64,000 bases of DNA, from positions 124,001 through 188,000 of the forward strand of contig NMRA01000064.1 of NCBI GenBank assembly GCA_002633005.1, given 5' to 3'. Below the pieces are notes generated by a model. The model had not been told where the DNA came from and did not search any database. It saw only the letters and a list, made by a program, of their open reading frames with translations. This document shows positions 10,701 to 24,781 of the stretch, one piece after another. This stretch comes from Phoronis australis (Eukaryota > Animalia > Phoronida). Each line of letters begins with the position of its first letter. The first letter of the stretch is position 1. Made by a program: the position numbers and the translations under genes.

Positions 10701-13700
10701 AGTTTATGCTCCAAGCAAATGATGTTTACTGTAAAATCTCACAAATCGCTGATAAAAATAAATGCCAAATATTGCGCACGTCATATTTTTCAACAGCTTC
10801 TAATATTGTTGAAAATGCACGCAGTTTTTCAGAGTATTGTGTTGTAGCTGCTGTGATACTTAACTTGAACATGTTAATTGACTAATTTACTAAATTTGCA
10901 TATTTAAAAACTGAGAAAATCAGAGCTTGGAATTTTTCTCTTTTAAGAGAATTTCCTCTTTTTTGGTTTCGATTTCCTTGTATTTGATTTCCAGTTTCCT
11001 CTTTTTGCATCTCGTTTTTTATCATTACTTTGACTGTATTCATACAAAAAAAATTATTTCTCTTAAATTTTACACCACAGAAAATATTTCTCTTTTCCTT
11101 TTTTGTCATTGGTCATTCCAGGCTGTGGAATATAAATTTCACTTGTCCGCCACATTGTGTGATAAATTGACGAGACTTGAATGTTCTCCAATTTGTCATA
11201 TTACACTCTGCGTTGTTATTTCCTCAGCCTCGACAAGTACTCCAAAGAGACAACACTGATCAACCAGGTGTTTGGTGGTTACCTTCGTAGCCAAGTAATA
11301 TGTCTTGGTTGTCGTCACACGTCCAGCATATACGAGACCTTTATGGACCTTAGTCTGGATATTAAGGTGAGTGCTAATGCACACAAGCGCATGGTGCTCA
11401 TTGCAATTGCAAGCCATGTTGCATAAAGTAGGCCAAGAATGCATTCTCGTTACAGAAAAGTTGGAAAATGATAAATAACTGTGCCCATGCATAGAAAACT
11501 AGTGAAATGAAAAAAGAATAAACTCATGAAAAAATTACAATTCTTATGCCTTAGTGTTATCTAAGTTCATTCATGGTTTAAGTTTTCCCATGTTTTGTGT
11601 ATGTGTGTATTTTGTTGTATTGTATCATATTATATATGGTGTCTTCTTCATTTTTTAGAGTGCCTCATCAGTTGAGCAGGCACTGTCTCAGTTTGTGTCG
11701 TTCGAGTCACTTGAGGGAGACAATGCTTATCACTGCAGCAAGTAAGTATTTTGTTGTCATTTAACCTATTGATTCCACCTAAATCTACAGAATCCTGTAA
11801 GCTGTGCCTCTTCAGCTTGTCAGATTATCTACACCTTCAATGAGCAGTTAAAAACCAGCGCATGTTCAATCCAAGTCGACTTTACTGTTTCTCACTTACT
11901 GCAAATTTGATTGCTTTTTCCTTGATGTGCAGTTGTGGGCTTCTTTTGGAATTCTTTTCAGGAAACATGTCGTGGTGAATTTGTCAATGTGTTCAACCCG
12001 CTGACATAGTTTGTTCATGGAAGGTTTCAGTGAGCAAGTTAATTACGATGAAACTGCTCGTTATGATGTGTGCTGATGAAACATCGCTTGTCATTCATTG
12101 TTTCAGGTGTCGCTCAAAACAGTCTGCTAAGAAGCATTTCACAGTTCATCGGTGTCCCAATGTTCTCACACTGCACTTAAAGAGGTATCATGCGTGTTTA
12201 GTGAATTAACAGTGAAAACCGAGAAAGCTAAAAACACACAGAATGAGCTGAACTTGATGTGATTTCACTTGTTAGTCAATTCTTTATATAGCATTCATGT
12301 CTCTTCATTGCTGTTTTACCTATTTGTTCTATAAACTTCTCTGCTGAGGTTTTGGTGTTTTATTTTGAGGATTGTAAGAGATGTAATTGTTCTATTGGTA
12401 ATTGCTTGTTTTCTGATACTGAATATTAACATTTATTTGGAAGATTTAATGAGATGTAACATGCCAGTAGTAATTGCTTGTTTTCTGCTGTAGGTTTGGG
12501 TATAGTGGTAATAAGATGCACAAACCAGTCAACTTCAGGGAGTGTTTGGATCTCCGGCCATACATGAGCAATAGACAGGTATGTATGTACTGCGGACTTG
12601 TCAATATTGTCAGGTTCTCAACCGCAATGGATATTATTTTGTGACAAGTGAATTACATTATTTGGCCAGTAATTTGTTGTCTTACATAGTTGATCAAACC
12701 ACCTGTAACATGCAGTCATGTGGCCAGAAGTGTGATGATTGAAGTGCATGTTTCAAGACTCTTGGCATACGTATTGTTCAGTGTGACTGTCTTGTGAAAA
12801 CAATTTGTTTAATATCTTTTAGCAGTGCTTGACACTTAATTTGACGCCAGGTCGCCAAATGCAATCTGAGGTCGCCAAAGTTGGCATGGAAATTGTCAAC
12901 CAAAATACATTCGTGCTGCACTCCGTTCTCAAAGAATTACGCATTCCTCTTCCATTTCTCCCCGTAAAAAAGGGCATGTGTTTCGATTTTTGCCGTACAA
13001 TTTCAACTTCTGTCTGTTTACTTCCTGTTGTAATTTAAGCACGTGTTTGATGTGTGCTGACTGCTGAGGATGGCAAATGCACTGATTTCATGAAATAAGT
13101 GGAACAACTGTGAACCAAAGGTTTTGAATTTAACTATTAGTAGTTTAAAGTTTGGGGAGTCAGTGCAGATTTTGAAACCTATTATCTGACTTTGATACTC
13201 GCTGTGGCGACTTGGGATATTTACCAGGTTGCCAAAGACAATCTGAAGCCACATGCAGGTTGCCAAATTGAGCAATAAATAATATGACCACGTTGTAATT
13301 TTCCCATTTATCAATTTGGTTTCTGTTTTGATCAGGGTACCCCAGTGAAGTACCGGTTGTTTGGAGTCACGTGCCATGAGGGTTACAGCAGTTCATGCGG
13401 TCATTACACAGCCTATATTAGAACACGGGACAATAAATGGCACCACTTCAACGACTGTAGGGTGAGTGTCGAAGAATCTTCCATTCTCGGAATTAAGATT
13501 GATGTATGCATTATTCATCAGAATGCTTCAAGGTTTGCCTTAAAATTCACATTTTAAACCAAACGTACATTAAACTAGTGTGTGTGTGTGTCACCAACTT
13601 TAAAAATGCCTGAGTCGCAGTGTGCAAGGAGGCTGTAAATTTTCAGGGTCAGAGCAAGTGAGATATGAATATACTGTCTTCTAGGGTAGCATATGGTGAT

Positions 13701-16700
13701 TTAGCTTTTCCTCTCCATTTTGCAATGATTTAATTTTGTCAGTGATTATGTGGTTATCTCGTCAGATCTCTCATGCCTCGGTGCAGCACGTTCTGAGTTG
13801 TCAAGCCTACATCTTGTTTTATGTCAAGGAGACGGCAGAGAGCACCAAGGTATTACTCAACTTATACCAGTTAGAAATGTCCAACTACAAATGTGAACTC
13901 TTTTAAGTGAATGAGCAGTGTAATTCACAAATGTGATTCTGTTAAGCAAGCAACAAATGTTGGCTACGACATCCAGCGCAGCTGTTAAAAAATGCTGGAA
14001 AATTTGAGCTGTAAACTTGTCTCATTTCATGAGTTGGCTTACTTCAAAAGAATTCAATTCAAAGCACTATCAACTCGTCCTGTTTTTTGTAAATAAACGT
14101 TACAGAAGCCCTTCCTTTGGTTTTATCTAATCATTTGGTTACTGGAAACTTTTCTCTTGAATAAATGCGCATCTTGTTGTTAGTCAATTTCATGTTCATT
14201 TTATTCCAGGCTTCCAATCACAGCATGCAATCTCCCATGCACAACAGTACCTTAAAAACACCCACAAAGTCAAGCTCAAGTAAGTTGATTGGCTGATAAT
14301 GGACTGATGATATGAAGATCTTTTAGTCTGTATTTTAAGCTGTCCTGTGAGTTTAGTGTTAAGTTTTTGCATATTGTCAATTTTGTTTCAAGTCAGCCTA
14401 AGATTCACCTGGGAATGATTTTCTTAAGCGTTTTTAGCTTACAGTAATTTTCTTACCATCACTGAACTTTTCACTTACATTTTGATATTGCTGTTTTTTG
14501 TGTGGTCTCAAAACTATACATGCATATATTAACATAATTTCACTTTACCATTGTGCCTGTTTATTTCAGGTGTAACAAATGGGTTCTCTAAATTAGACCT
14601 GGGCACCCCAGTAAAACGTGAACATTTGGGAGACAACAGAGCAAGCAAGCTTGTCAATGGATCGAAGCACACTTCTCAATCGTTGCCTAAAGTGATACCA
14701 GTGCCACCTAAACAACAACCATCTAAACAGTACCAGCCTTTAGCTGACAACCGATCAAAAATCTCCTTTGGTTTGTCAATGAAAAAAACCACACCAGGGA
14801 ACGAGAAGGTATCAAGTGAGCAGGTATCCACCAAAGGTCAGGATGGGGAGAAATTGTCGAAATTGGTTCCTTATGGAGATGAATCATCTGATTCAGAACG
14901 TGAGAATGGTAAGAGTGAAGGAACAATACATCAAGGGAGTTCAGTCCATAAGAGTTCAGTTGAGACGAAGGCAGCAAGGCTGGGTATTGTTCATAAGAAA
15001 TCTGACACTGCTAATGTTCACCTGAAGACCCCAACAGCGACTGACGTAGTTCCTGGCTCATCAGTACCACTGAGTAAGATCGTGCACAAGGAACCGATCT
15101 GTGTAACACCGCTGAGGAATCTCACACTGGTCACGTCACCGGCTAAGGTCAACTCTACTACGCCCAAGTGGAAGGTTCATAATCACGACGCGCTGGTTTC
15201 ACCGAGCATCGCCTCCGAGACGAGTAACGCCAGCGCGAGCTCCACATCACAATGGCATGTTGAGGATACGAGAATCAAACCCAAAGTGCCAATCCTGCCA
15301 GAGAGTCAACACGTAGGCTGGACAGTACAGGAAGAAGGTAAGCGCGGTGTTGACGCTTCGAAAACGACGGTGAAAGAAAATACGCACACAACACTGACAA
15401 ACGGCCACAAAAGTTGTTCCAAGTCGCCGGAAGTGGAGGATTATTTAGTGGACGTTAGTGATAAGGAGCCCCTTCTGAACTGTTCATCAGACAAGTCGAA
15501 ACATAAGAAGCACAAGAAGAGAAAACACAAAGAACGGGATTCAGATGACGAATACAGTGCTGGCAAGAAGCAAAAAGTTATGGAGAAGGACTGGGTGAGT
15601 AGGGATTCTGGAAGAGGGAAGGATCGTGTTGGCAGTCACAGAGACGGGCATCGCGAAGAAAAAAATAGGTCAGATAGATCTAGTCATGGCCGTAGTTCTG
15701 GAGATAAACGCCATCGAGTGAAATACGATAGCGATGAGTGCAGTGGTGGTGAGTCCAGAAAACACAAGCACAGGGATCATGAAAGAACTCAGGAGAAGCA
15801 CTCGTCCAGCAAACGGCGGCATGATGACGAGAGGAGAGAGTCTCGTCACCATGGTGATGACCGAAAGAAACATGCCAAATATTCAGATGATGGTGATGAT
15901 GACGCTCATTACAGAAGTTCAAAAGAAAGGAAGAGCAGTGGTTCTAAAGAGCACAACGGTCATGGTGATTATAGTGGGAACAGTGGTTACCATCGTAAGA
16001 GGTCAGAGAAGCATGGTATGGGGGAAGATGGCACTGTAGAGTGGGTTGAAGTTACCAAGAAGACGAGCCAAGGTTTGTGTAGTAGAAATGGCCTGTTTTA
16101 AGTGTATTGCATTTGCAGTTACTGGCATTTTGTTTCAGCTGATGGTCAGAAAGTGTTTAGAGCAATAAAGCTGTTGTAGGCATCTAAGTTGGAAACATAT
16201 TACCTTTATATTTCGTCTCTGATGACCAGTTTTCACGTGGGCAATAGTCTGATATAATGTGCCCGCATTTTGAGAACTAGTTTGATGCCTGTTATTTATT
16301 GGGAAACTGGTTCTCAAAATTCGGGCATGTTATATCAGACCATTACTGTCATGTGTGTGACCTGTTGTAACTTAGTTATGAATTTTAAGTGAATGTATAT
16401 GATTGGTGTCGCAACCTACATTAAGGAACTTGTATCAGCTTCCCTCATTCTTACTGTGATGTTGGAATCATTCCTTGCGTAACTCTGCTGGTTGTGCTGG
16501 TGGTCTGTTGAAGTCACAAACTGTTTACTGTTGACTTCGCACAGTGTGCAATCATACCTGGCTGTTGTTTGTCATGTTATTGTTGTTATTTATTTACTCT
16601 CTGTTGCTCTCTTTAGCCGAGTCCAAGTATTGGGATAGCCACATTAAAGATGGTTACAAGAGACCACGGCCTGAGGTTCCTGATGGTAAGAAGGCATTGT

Positions 16701-18844
16701 GGGATGGCAAGAAGATGTCAGAGGTTGCTGCACAGCTGGAGAAGATGTCTTCCAGTCGGGGATATGGAGATAACGGTGAGATGACTCCCGTAGTGAAGTC
16801 TTGTACTGAACTGTCATTGGTGCTTTTTTGTTTTCGTACCTCCCTGCTTAGAAGGGTATAGTTGGAGTTGACACTATTGGTGGTTTGCACTTCAGATATT
16901 TCTCATGCGTGTGCTTATCAAATCTGTGAATGTTATAAGTAAGATTTATTAGTCGCCATGTGTTTGTCACATCACGTGACCTATTAAGTCTGAAAGGTTT
17001 CTGTCTTTAGATAGATTATATATTTTCGATAGGATCTGTTAATGTGCATTTGCATTTGTTTCAATTGGTCATGGTTAGAAGTCAGGTCATGCGTCAAGTT
17101 TCCATGGTGATATATACAGAATGTGATTTCAGTCCTGTATAATCTACAATGGTTTCAGTTACTATGGTTCTGTCTTAGTAATAAACATCAAGAGAGGTGC
17201 TTGCATTCGGATAGAATACACGAGTCTGTGTAGAATTTGGGCACTTTTTTTTTTTAATGTTTATTACGAAATCTTCAGAATACAATGAATATACATAACC
17301 CAGAAAGTGCCAAGAGGCATTAGATTTGGGCACTGAATAGAACCTGTTTTGGTTTTTTAAGTTAAAGAGTTGAGAAGAGTGACAGCTAGAGCTGACTCAT
17401 CCACTAAGCAACATAAGTGGCTGCTTAGGTACCAGCAGAGGCCTGGGTGTACCTTAAGAATAAGCAATGTATTTGGTGTGTGATGAGACAGTCCCACACG
17501 TCAAAGCTAGAGTTTGGCCTCATAAGTTGGGGTTGGCCCTGGTGACGGTATGTGTAAACCTGACCGGTAAATGTTTCTATATATTTATATGTATTTATAT
17601 ATATTTGCCATAGTGAAATCGTGGAATGGTGAGAGTAGCCATGTCAACCAAGACGTTGAGCAGGACAGGTCACGTGCCGAACGTAGAGACAGTGATGACG
17701 AATATGATGCCGACTTTGATCGGGGCAAGACAAAAAAGCACAAGACGCCTAAGGAGGCGCGACCCAGGTCGGAAGGCGGTAACCATTTTCAGTCTTATCA
17801 AGATGATAGGAACTGGACAAAGACACAAGTAAGGTTCTTTAACTTGGAATTTTCCTCTTTTAAGAAGATTGCCTCTTTTTTGGTTTCTATCTCCTCTCAT
17901 TTGATTCCAGTTTCCTCTTTTTTGTCTCTTTTGACTTTATTCATACAAAAAATGTTTCTTGCAGATTATTTGTAGAACGATGCTTCACTCAAAATATTTT
18001 CCTCGTTTTTGTCATTTGTCATTCCAAGCCCTGAATAGTTTTCATCTGAAGTAGTTTCCACTATAGTGAGATCTCAATGGCAACTTCTGTCTCATTTCTT
18101 CCCAGTTTTTGTTGGAAAGGTGTTCTCACTGGGCATAGGGATGAAACAGAAATGTAATCATATTGGGGAATAGATGAAATGGAATCGCAGTCCCATTGGA
18201 GAGTGGATGAAACAAAATTGTGCTTCCATTGGGAGTGGATGAAACAAAAATATGCGTTCTTTTGGAGTGGATGAAACAGAAGAAAGATGGTCACACTGGG
18301 GAATAGGTGGAACTGAATTTCTGTTGTTTGTTAGAGATGTTTGCTCTTTTTGCATAATTTTGTTATTTAAAAATTCCACTGCAGAGCAGTGATAATTAGG
18401 CGTCATTTGTCCAACTAACCTCTGTTACCATCTACAAACAGCTTCATTCAAAGGATCACTACTTTGTTCCAAATTACGTTATTGCACTTTAAATGAGCAG
18501 TAATACTTTTTTTAATTATAACCATGGATTAGACTGTCCACATTGGAGATGGCTTTGTTGTCTTCACATGTGTTCTGTTGTATTGTTTAACATGTTAATT
18601 TTAAAACTTGCTTAGACCGATTGGTTCTCAAGCAACCTTAATTTCCGTGTATATTGAAAAGTGTGGGTTACTATTGCTTTGATTGTTTTAGATGAAAAAC
18701 ACTTACTCCACCTCCATTCACCAACACAGTCATCACAGCCACCATGACCGTGGTCGTAACCATGGCGACCGTAACCATGGCCACTACAGAAGTCACAGTG
18801 GGAATCACAGGCACCACAGCTACGACCACAAACGGCACAACTAA
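7742..18844 (+). CDS. USP36: Ubiquitin carboxyl-terminal hydrolase 36 (USP36/USP42/scrawny family), 15 coding exons, 1126 aa
   Basis: Exons 7742-7970, 8789-9025, 9526-9642, 10489-10591, 11228-11366, 11659-11741, 12107-12184, 12494-12578, 13336-13461, 13766-13849, 14210-14279, 14570-16072, 16617-16775, 17614-17828, 18692-18844, all GT-AG and phase-consistent. Cys box [27 protein letters not shown], His box GHYTAY and FND are intact. USP36-type N-terminus ([14 protein letters not shown]...LDKLKSRY) and C-terminus ([27 protein letters not shown]). Confidence 0.95.
10924..11125. repeat. Dispersed intronic repeat, copy 1
   Basis: cttggaattttt...tcctcttttttggtttc...ccagtttcctctttt...tttgtcattggtcattcca aligns with 17843-18032. 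Confidence 0.7.
17843..18032. repeat. Dispersed intronic repeat, copy 2
   Basis: Same orientation and conserved blocks as 10924-11125. Confidence 0.7.
18125..18318. repeat. Degenerate ~30-35-bp tandem repeat
   Basis: Recurrent ggagtggatgaaacaaaa / gggaatagatgaaa core. Confidence 0.6.
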
Positions 18845-19478
18845 ATCCAGGAAGTGTATCGGTTGCTGTGTATCTGTCTGCTGTTACTTTATTAGTGTGA
18901 CTCTCACACTGGCCTTGTTATTGGCCTTGATAGATTCAATTGATCAGTCCATACAAAGGTGTGAATGGGCAACATTGAATTCTGCTAGATACAACAGTGT
19001 ATGTCTGGAGTCCATATTGGGCTGAGCAGCTGTAATACGTTGTACATACGAGTGATTTTTCACTCTGTGGAAGGAATTTTAAAAGTGAATAATCTGTTAC
19101 CTATTTTTATAGAAGTATGAGGTAAAGACACTGAGTCTTTAATATGTGATCAATGTGTTGTTACTTCTGCCTTTCAGGCCACACAAAATTTGGTATTGTT
19201 TCCGGAAATGTGCAAATGAATCGAACGTTGGCAATATTTATATGTGCAGTTGTTTTGTTCTGGATGTGTTTTATGGAAGGATGTGTTGAGGTTGTTTTGT
19301 ATGAATTATGCCTATAATGTGTGTCGATCAAAGCGATGTGAATAGCTTTTGTCATCAGTACTCTCTTTGTATATGAGCTTGGTAGTAAAACACAGGATAT
19401 TTAGTTTTTTATGCAAAGATTTTTTGAGCTGTGGGAGTCGGGCAGCTACTGGTGTTGGGCTTCACTCACTTTGGGAAA

Positions 19479-19768
19479 GAAGACATCCCCACGTTTACAT
19501 GTAGATATTGGGTGAGAAGATATCCCCACATTTACATGTAGACATTGGGTGTGAAGATATCCCCACATTTACATGTGGACATTGGGTGATAAGATATCTC
19601 CATATTTACATGTAGACATTGGGTAAGAAGATATCCCCACGTTTACATGTATGTTTTGGGCAATAAGATATCCCCACATTTATATGTAGATAATAGGTGA
19701 GAAGATACACCCGCATTTACGTGTAGATATTGTGTGAGAAGGTACCCCCAGTTACATGTAGACATTGC
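19479..19768. repeat. 37-bp minisatellite (about 8 copies) in the probable USP36 3' UTR
   Basis: Unit gaagatatccccacatttacatgtagacattgggtga. Confidence 0.9.
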
Positions 19769-22700
19769 CTTGACTTAAAATGCCGCTAGACCAGGTTACA
19801 TTCAAGGTCTCAAAGACTGGTCAGTAATGCTCATAGTTGACCTCATTTCAGTTTGTTTTTATTATTAGAAAACCCATGTTCACCCCAGATGTTGTCTGAT
19901 TCTAAAAGTTCATGGATCCTTAATTCATTTTGTTAGTTTAGGAAACGGGGCATGTTATTGAATTTGTAACATAAACTTAATGGGTGTGTTTGAGTGTGTG
20001 AAAGTATTGTGGCACATGTATTGTAGTCTGAAAGTGTAGTTAAATGCAACAAAAAATAGTATTTTTATGAATGTTATAACGCCTGTTCGTATTGTGTCAG
20101 TTTCAGCAATAATTTGCCGAAGGAAATGCTTATTGTCACGTGACTGACCTATTTTTGATTGGAATTTATTGTGGGCCATTTCTGAATGTCAGGGTTGAAA
20201 AGGCCAATAAAATAGACAATTTTCTCATGCGTTTCTTGGTCTGTTGAGAGTTAGTTGTTTTTGGTAAGCAAAGTTTTGAGACATGTTTAAAAGCAGAAGG
20301 CCTAATCCAACTTTTGTTTTTAGCTGGCTAAACTGGACAAAATGGAGCTTTACCAGAAGTAGGAAGGGTGTAGTATTTGCATTTAGTGGTTGAGGGTCAG
20401 ACTCTAATAGTCTGACCATTTATTGGTTGTATGACAGAATGCAAAAACTTTAAGACTAAATAGTATGGCCAAAAAATGAACACTACAGATCAGGTGCCTA
20501 TTTCAGACATATTTTTAATTTCAGCCAGTTTTAAAATAAGATTTAAATTCGTCTCAAGTCCTTTTAAGAAAGATCTTAAATTTAAGTATTGTCTGAATTT
20601 TGGCTAACTCACTGGGTGTGGAAGTTTCGAATTGGAAGTTGAGACAGGGCTTAGACTTGAGTAAAAAAATGAACTTAAGTCCGAGACCTCTGGAGTGGCC
20701 TTGAATTACTGTTACTTCCTCTACTCTGTGGTGATCTATTTGTTGTCATTGGTGAAAGGAGTGAGATTATGTTGAGTCATGTTTTATATCCTCTCCATTT
20801 ATGTGCTGGTTTCACTTTAGTCATACTTGTGTTGGTTAATTACACTGCGTGTAACATTTCAGTCCATAAATGAATTAATCATATTTTCTGGTGAACCACA
20901 TAATGTGTGTAGGTCAAATATCAAAATTGTGAATAAAAATTGCAACTACCTGTACTTTACATTTTTATTTGGTGAGATATGCCTATTTTTCAAGGCTCGT
21001 TTTAGGGCATATGGTTATATTTTTTAAAACTGTTTTAGCGATATTCTCATCAATGTTGTATAAACACAATCTGTTCTTGTGTGTTGAATAATCTCTAATC
21101 TTTGGTTAGGTAGAAATAATCCATTATTTGATTGATCAAGTTGTCAAAAGATTTGGCCGTTTCTTCACCTATGTGTATGGCACCCCATCCAGCTTGTCAT
21201 TTTTTGTGCCTGCAGTACATATCTTATCCAACAGTAAAACTTATTGCTTTAAAGTGGCAAATTAAAGCGTGGTAATATCTAAAATAGTGATTTGCGTGCC
21301 AGCTGTGTACAATTATTGGATGAGGTCCTTGAATGTACTAAGTAAATAAATGATCAAGAGGGGGCGCTATGATACTTCGGAATGTTGTGGGGTACTCGCT
21401 ATATTTTTGATTGCAGTTGAAGCGGGGAATTTATGATACTGACCCGTCCAGAGAATGGTTTTGAAAAGGGGGACCTTTCCATAGTGGTTCAGAAAACATC
21501 ACCATTTGTAGGGTCGAGGTCATACACGTAAGCCTTTCGTGAGCCCGTATTATAAAATTTACAAACCGATGCGTGTAGGCATATTTAAGGGAGAAAAATG
21601 TCCCGCTCCACACCCATGGACACTCCCAAAAATAACGGTTCAGTTCTAATTTATGAAGGATGTAATTTTGCTATCCAACAATGGTAGCTATTTCCGGGTG
21701 TCACCCCAGAAATGTTAAAATCAAACTTGAATTTGTTTATTAAATAATATTTGTTTTAAAAGAGGATATGACGTTGGAAGTGGTTACTGGGATTTGACTT
21801 ATCTAGCTTTCTATGTAATACGTTTTATGAAGGCTTCAACTAAAATAAAGCGGAAATAACGAGTAACCATAGCGCTTGAAGTGAGCAAAGCTAGGTTGAA
21901 CGAATACAGCATGACTTGCATTCAGACATGCAAGCGAAACCACGTGCTAGCACACATAAGTCACCAATAATTTCACATTTTCGTTGTTTCAGCCATTTGA
22001 TTTCCGCCCTGGTTTTGTGAGTTCTTTCGTAATATGAAAATAAATTTCTCTCACTCTCTAGTGCATCAGTTTGACATTTGACAGTGTCGCATATTTTAGT
22101 GACGCACCTTAGTGGGGGCGTTTTGGGACGCAATAGGAGAACCATAAGGAAATTTTCTTAATTATTTTTAATTCTTTGTTTTTATTTCCTTCTTAGATTA
22201 AACATTTAAGAAAAAGATTTGTCTATATATAACAGGCAAGAGTATGTTGTGTTCACCGCAGTACCTCATACATTTCAGCCTCTGAAACTAAAAGTGCGTT
22301 ACTAACTGACCATGGTCACCTGTACACACCTGTTGTGACTGTTTGGTAACATGGACGGTAACTGTTGACTTTGTGACTAAAACAAGTCCCGTGCTCTGCG
22401 GATCCAGTGATCTATTTACTCATCCTTTCGTTAAGTCAGCAATCGACGTTTTGGGTAATCAGATTAAGACTTGTTCACCTAAAAGCACATTGCTTGGTTA
22501 GTAAAAGTACACTTGTACATTGTAGGTGGACGAGGAAGCGAGAATAGTAATTTAACTTCAAGACTGGAACTGTGAGTGGCTGATAATTATAGTGCAAAAT
22601 TCAAATCTCAGTTTACCTGACTTAGGAACCATTTGCTGTATACTAAATAGAAACTGTTCGCAACTTCCCATTTAGTGGACTTATAGGGACAATACTAATT

Positions 22701-22934
22701 GCTACGTTCTAATTTATGATTGTGACTCTCCATTTGCGCATTAACCACGGACAACTATTGACTGCATTTCGTAGTTTCGACAATTGGAATTTGTTTGCTG
22801 CAACTTTTTCCGTGTGACTTGCATTCTTGTTTTTAAAGCCTGTGTTAGGTTCTAAACATCTGTTGCCCTGGTTGGGCTACTAAGGGGAAATTTATGAATC
22901 ACTTATCCAATTATAGATAAGTTCAAGCACCTGG

Positions 22935-24639
22935 ATGATGGAGCCGATACTCGACGGACGACAACAAGGGGAAAGAGCTTCTACATCTGGAAATCGCGAC
23001 ATTCAAAGTGGAATTTCTTTGGATGGTTTTCTGGGAGGGGAGAGTAACGACTGGCAAGAGATTGAATTAACTGAACCAGATCCGCTACGCAAACCAACGT
23101 ATTTAGAACGGAAAGATTATACGAGTGACGTGAATGGCAAAATTACTGTTGGTTCCAGCGCAAATGGTTTATACGGGAACTTCAGAGTTAAACGGCAAGC
23201 TTGGTCAGGTGAATCTCATGATGACGCAAAATCATCACCGCGGTCAATAAAACAGCGAAGAAGTCATACAAAAATACGTGGTGTTTTTGGGAGAGGTAAA
23301 ATGTCGTCTGCTTGGCGGGCAAACAAAGTTTCTCCACGAAGTCCTGTCCATGGAAAACCAACTTCAGAAAGACACACCACACACGCGAAGCAAAAGACAG
23401 TCAAACGAAGGGGCAACATGACGTCAAATGCAGCTGAGGTATGGAAAACAAAGTTACAAAGACGGAGCAATAAAATTGACTGGATTGACGAGGAACCAGA
23501 CTTAAATAATAACAAAAAAACAATTGCACACAGTAGTTCCGAAATTTTAACTAACACAAAAGAAGAGGAAAATGTTTCGAACGACCAACCAAGCGTAGGC
23601 ATTTACGACACAAAGACTGAGACATCAAGTTTAAACGAGAATTTAATGAATTCCCGTACTTCAGTAGCAATTCTAGTAAGCGGTGTCACGGCGTCTGCTT
23701 TTCCCTTCCCAGCCATAGGTAACACTTACGTAATATCCGAATCTCCTTCACCACAATCCGAGAAGAAAATAATAGGTAGCACTGACGAATGGGCAAAGCC
23801 AGTTGGTGATCCACGACCGCAAACGAATGTTCCGGTAGCGATACTGCTAGCCGGCGTGAAAGCCGCCAAAGTCGGATTTCCTCTTGACGAACTTACAGAC
23901 GAACCTCCTCTTGAAATGGAGGAAATATCAGATGATGAATTAACCGATCATGAACACGTTATGACGGAAAAGAACCAAACAGAAATGTACTTTGGAACAG
24001 CCAGCTTTACAAGTCAGGTGTGTGCACAAGAACATTCTTTGTTATTATGATAGTTAATGAAGATCATCATTATCATCAGCAACACCAACATCACCATCAT
24101 CATTCTCTTCATCATCACCGTCATCTTCTTCATCATCATCTACATCATCAACATCATCTTCATCATCAACATCATCTTCATCACCCTTTATCTTTTTCAT
24201 CATCATCTTCATCATCCGGGCATCATGCCCTACCGTCATAATCATTGTCATCATTATCATCGTTGTCATCATAATCATTAGTATTTTCGCAATTCACTTT
24301 ATCATTATAACTCTTACTATTGGAGGGTCATTTATGATGCGAAAGTTAGTCACTAACACATCCAACTGGGCATTAAATTAATGAAGTGAGATGTTCAAAT
24401 GTAGTTTGAAAGTAAGTTGTTTCTGTTAAAAATTATCTCTGTGATTCTGAATTATGAAGCAGATTTAACCATAAGAATTCTACGATTTGTATACTGATTA
24501 TAAAATGTGTAACTGTATTCACAAAAAGTTGCGAACATTTTGTGATGCTTGGTTTCAGGCAAACGGTCAAGGGACCATTCGAAGCGTTAGTAGAAGTATG
24601 TCCAAGTACAGATACCAGCAAGAGGCGTCAGGCGAATGA
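22935..24639 (+). CDS. Uncharacterised, largely disordered protein (about 387 aa)
   Basis: Long exon 22917-24017 (acceptor ttatag, donor cag|GTGTGT, phase 0) and probable terminal exon 24559-24639 (tttcag| ANGQGTIRSVSRSMSKYRYQQEASGE*). No family recognised; start and last exon are uncertain. Confidence 0.6.
24060..24280. repeat. (CAT)n-type trinucleotide low-complexity tract
   Basis: catcatcat/caccat runs; similar tracts at ~30925-31060, 49845-49970, 50225-50350 and 63490-63560. Confidence 0.9.
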
Positions 24640-24781
24640 ATGAGTAACTCGGACATTCTCTGGAGGACGTTACGTCGTTACTGACAATATGAATAACTAC
24701 AAGTATTAAGTAAATATTACACCGGAACCGACGGTATATGGCAAGGATTTGAAAGTATTCAGTGAATTTAATACAAATGTT

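Noticed and set aside
19479-19768. CRISPR-like array
   Set aside because: Units are contiguous with no unique spacers, and the context is eukaryotic.
24020-24281. Poly-His, poly-Ile and poly-Asp ORFs (also ~30791-31127, 49772-50449, 63324-63539)
   Set aside because: Artefacts of (CAT)n tracts.
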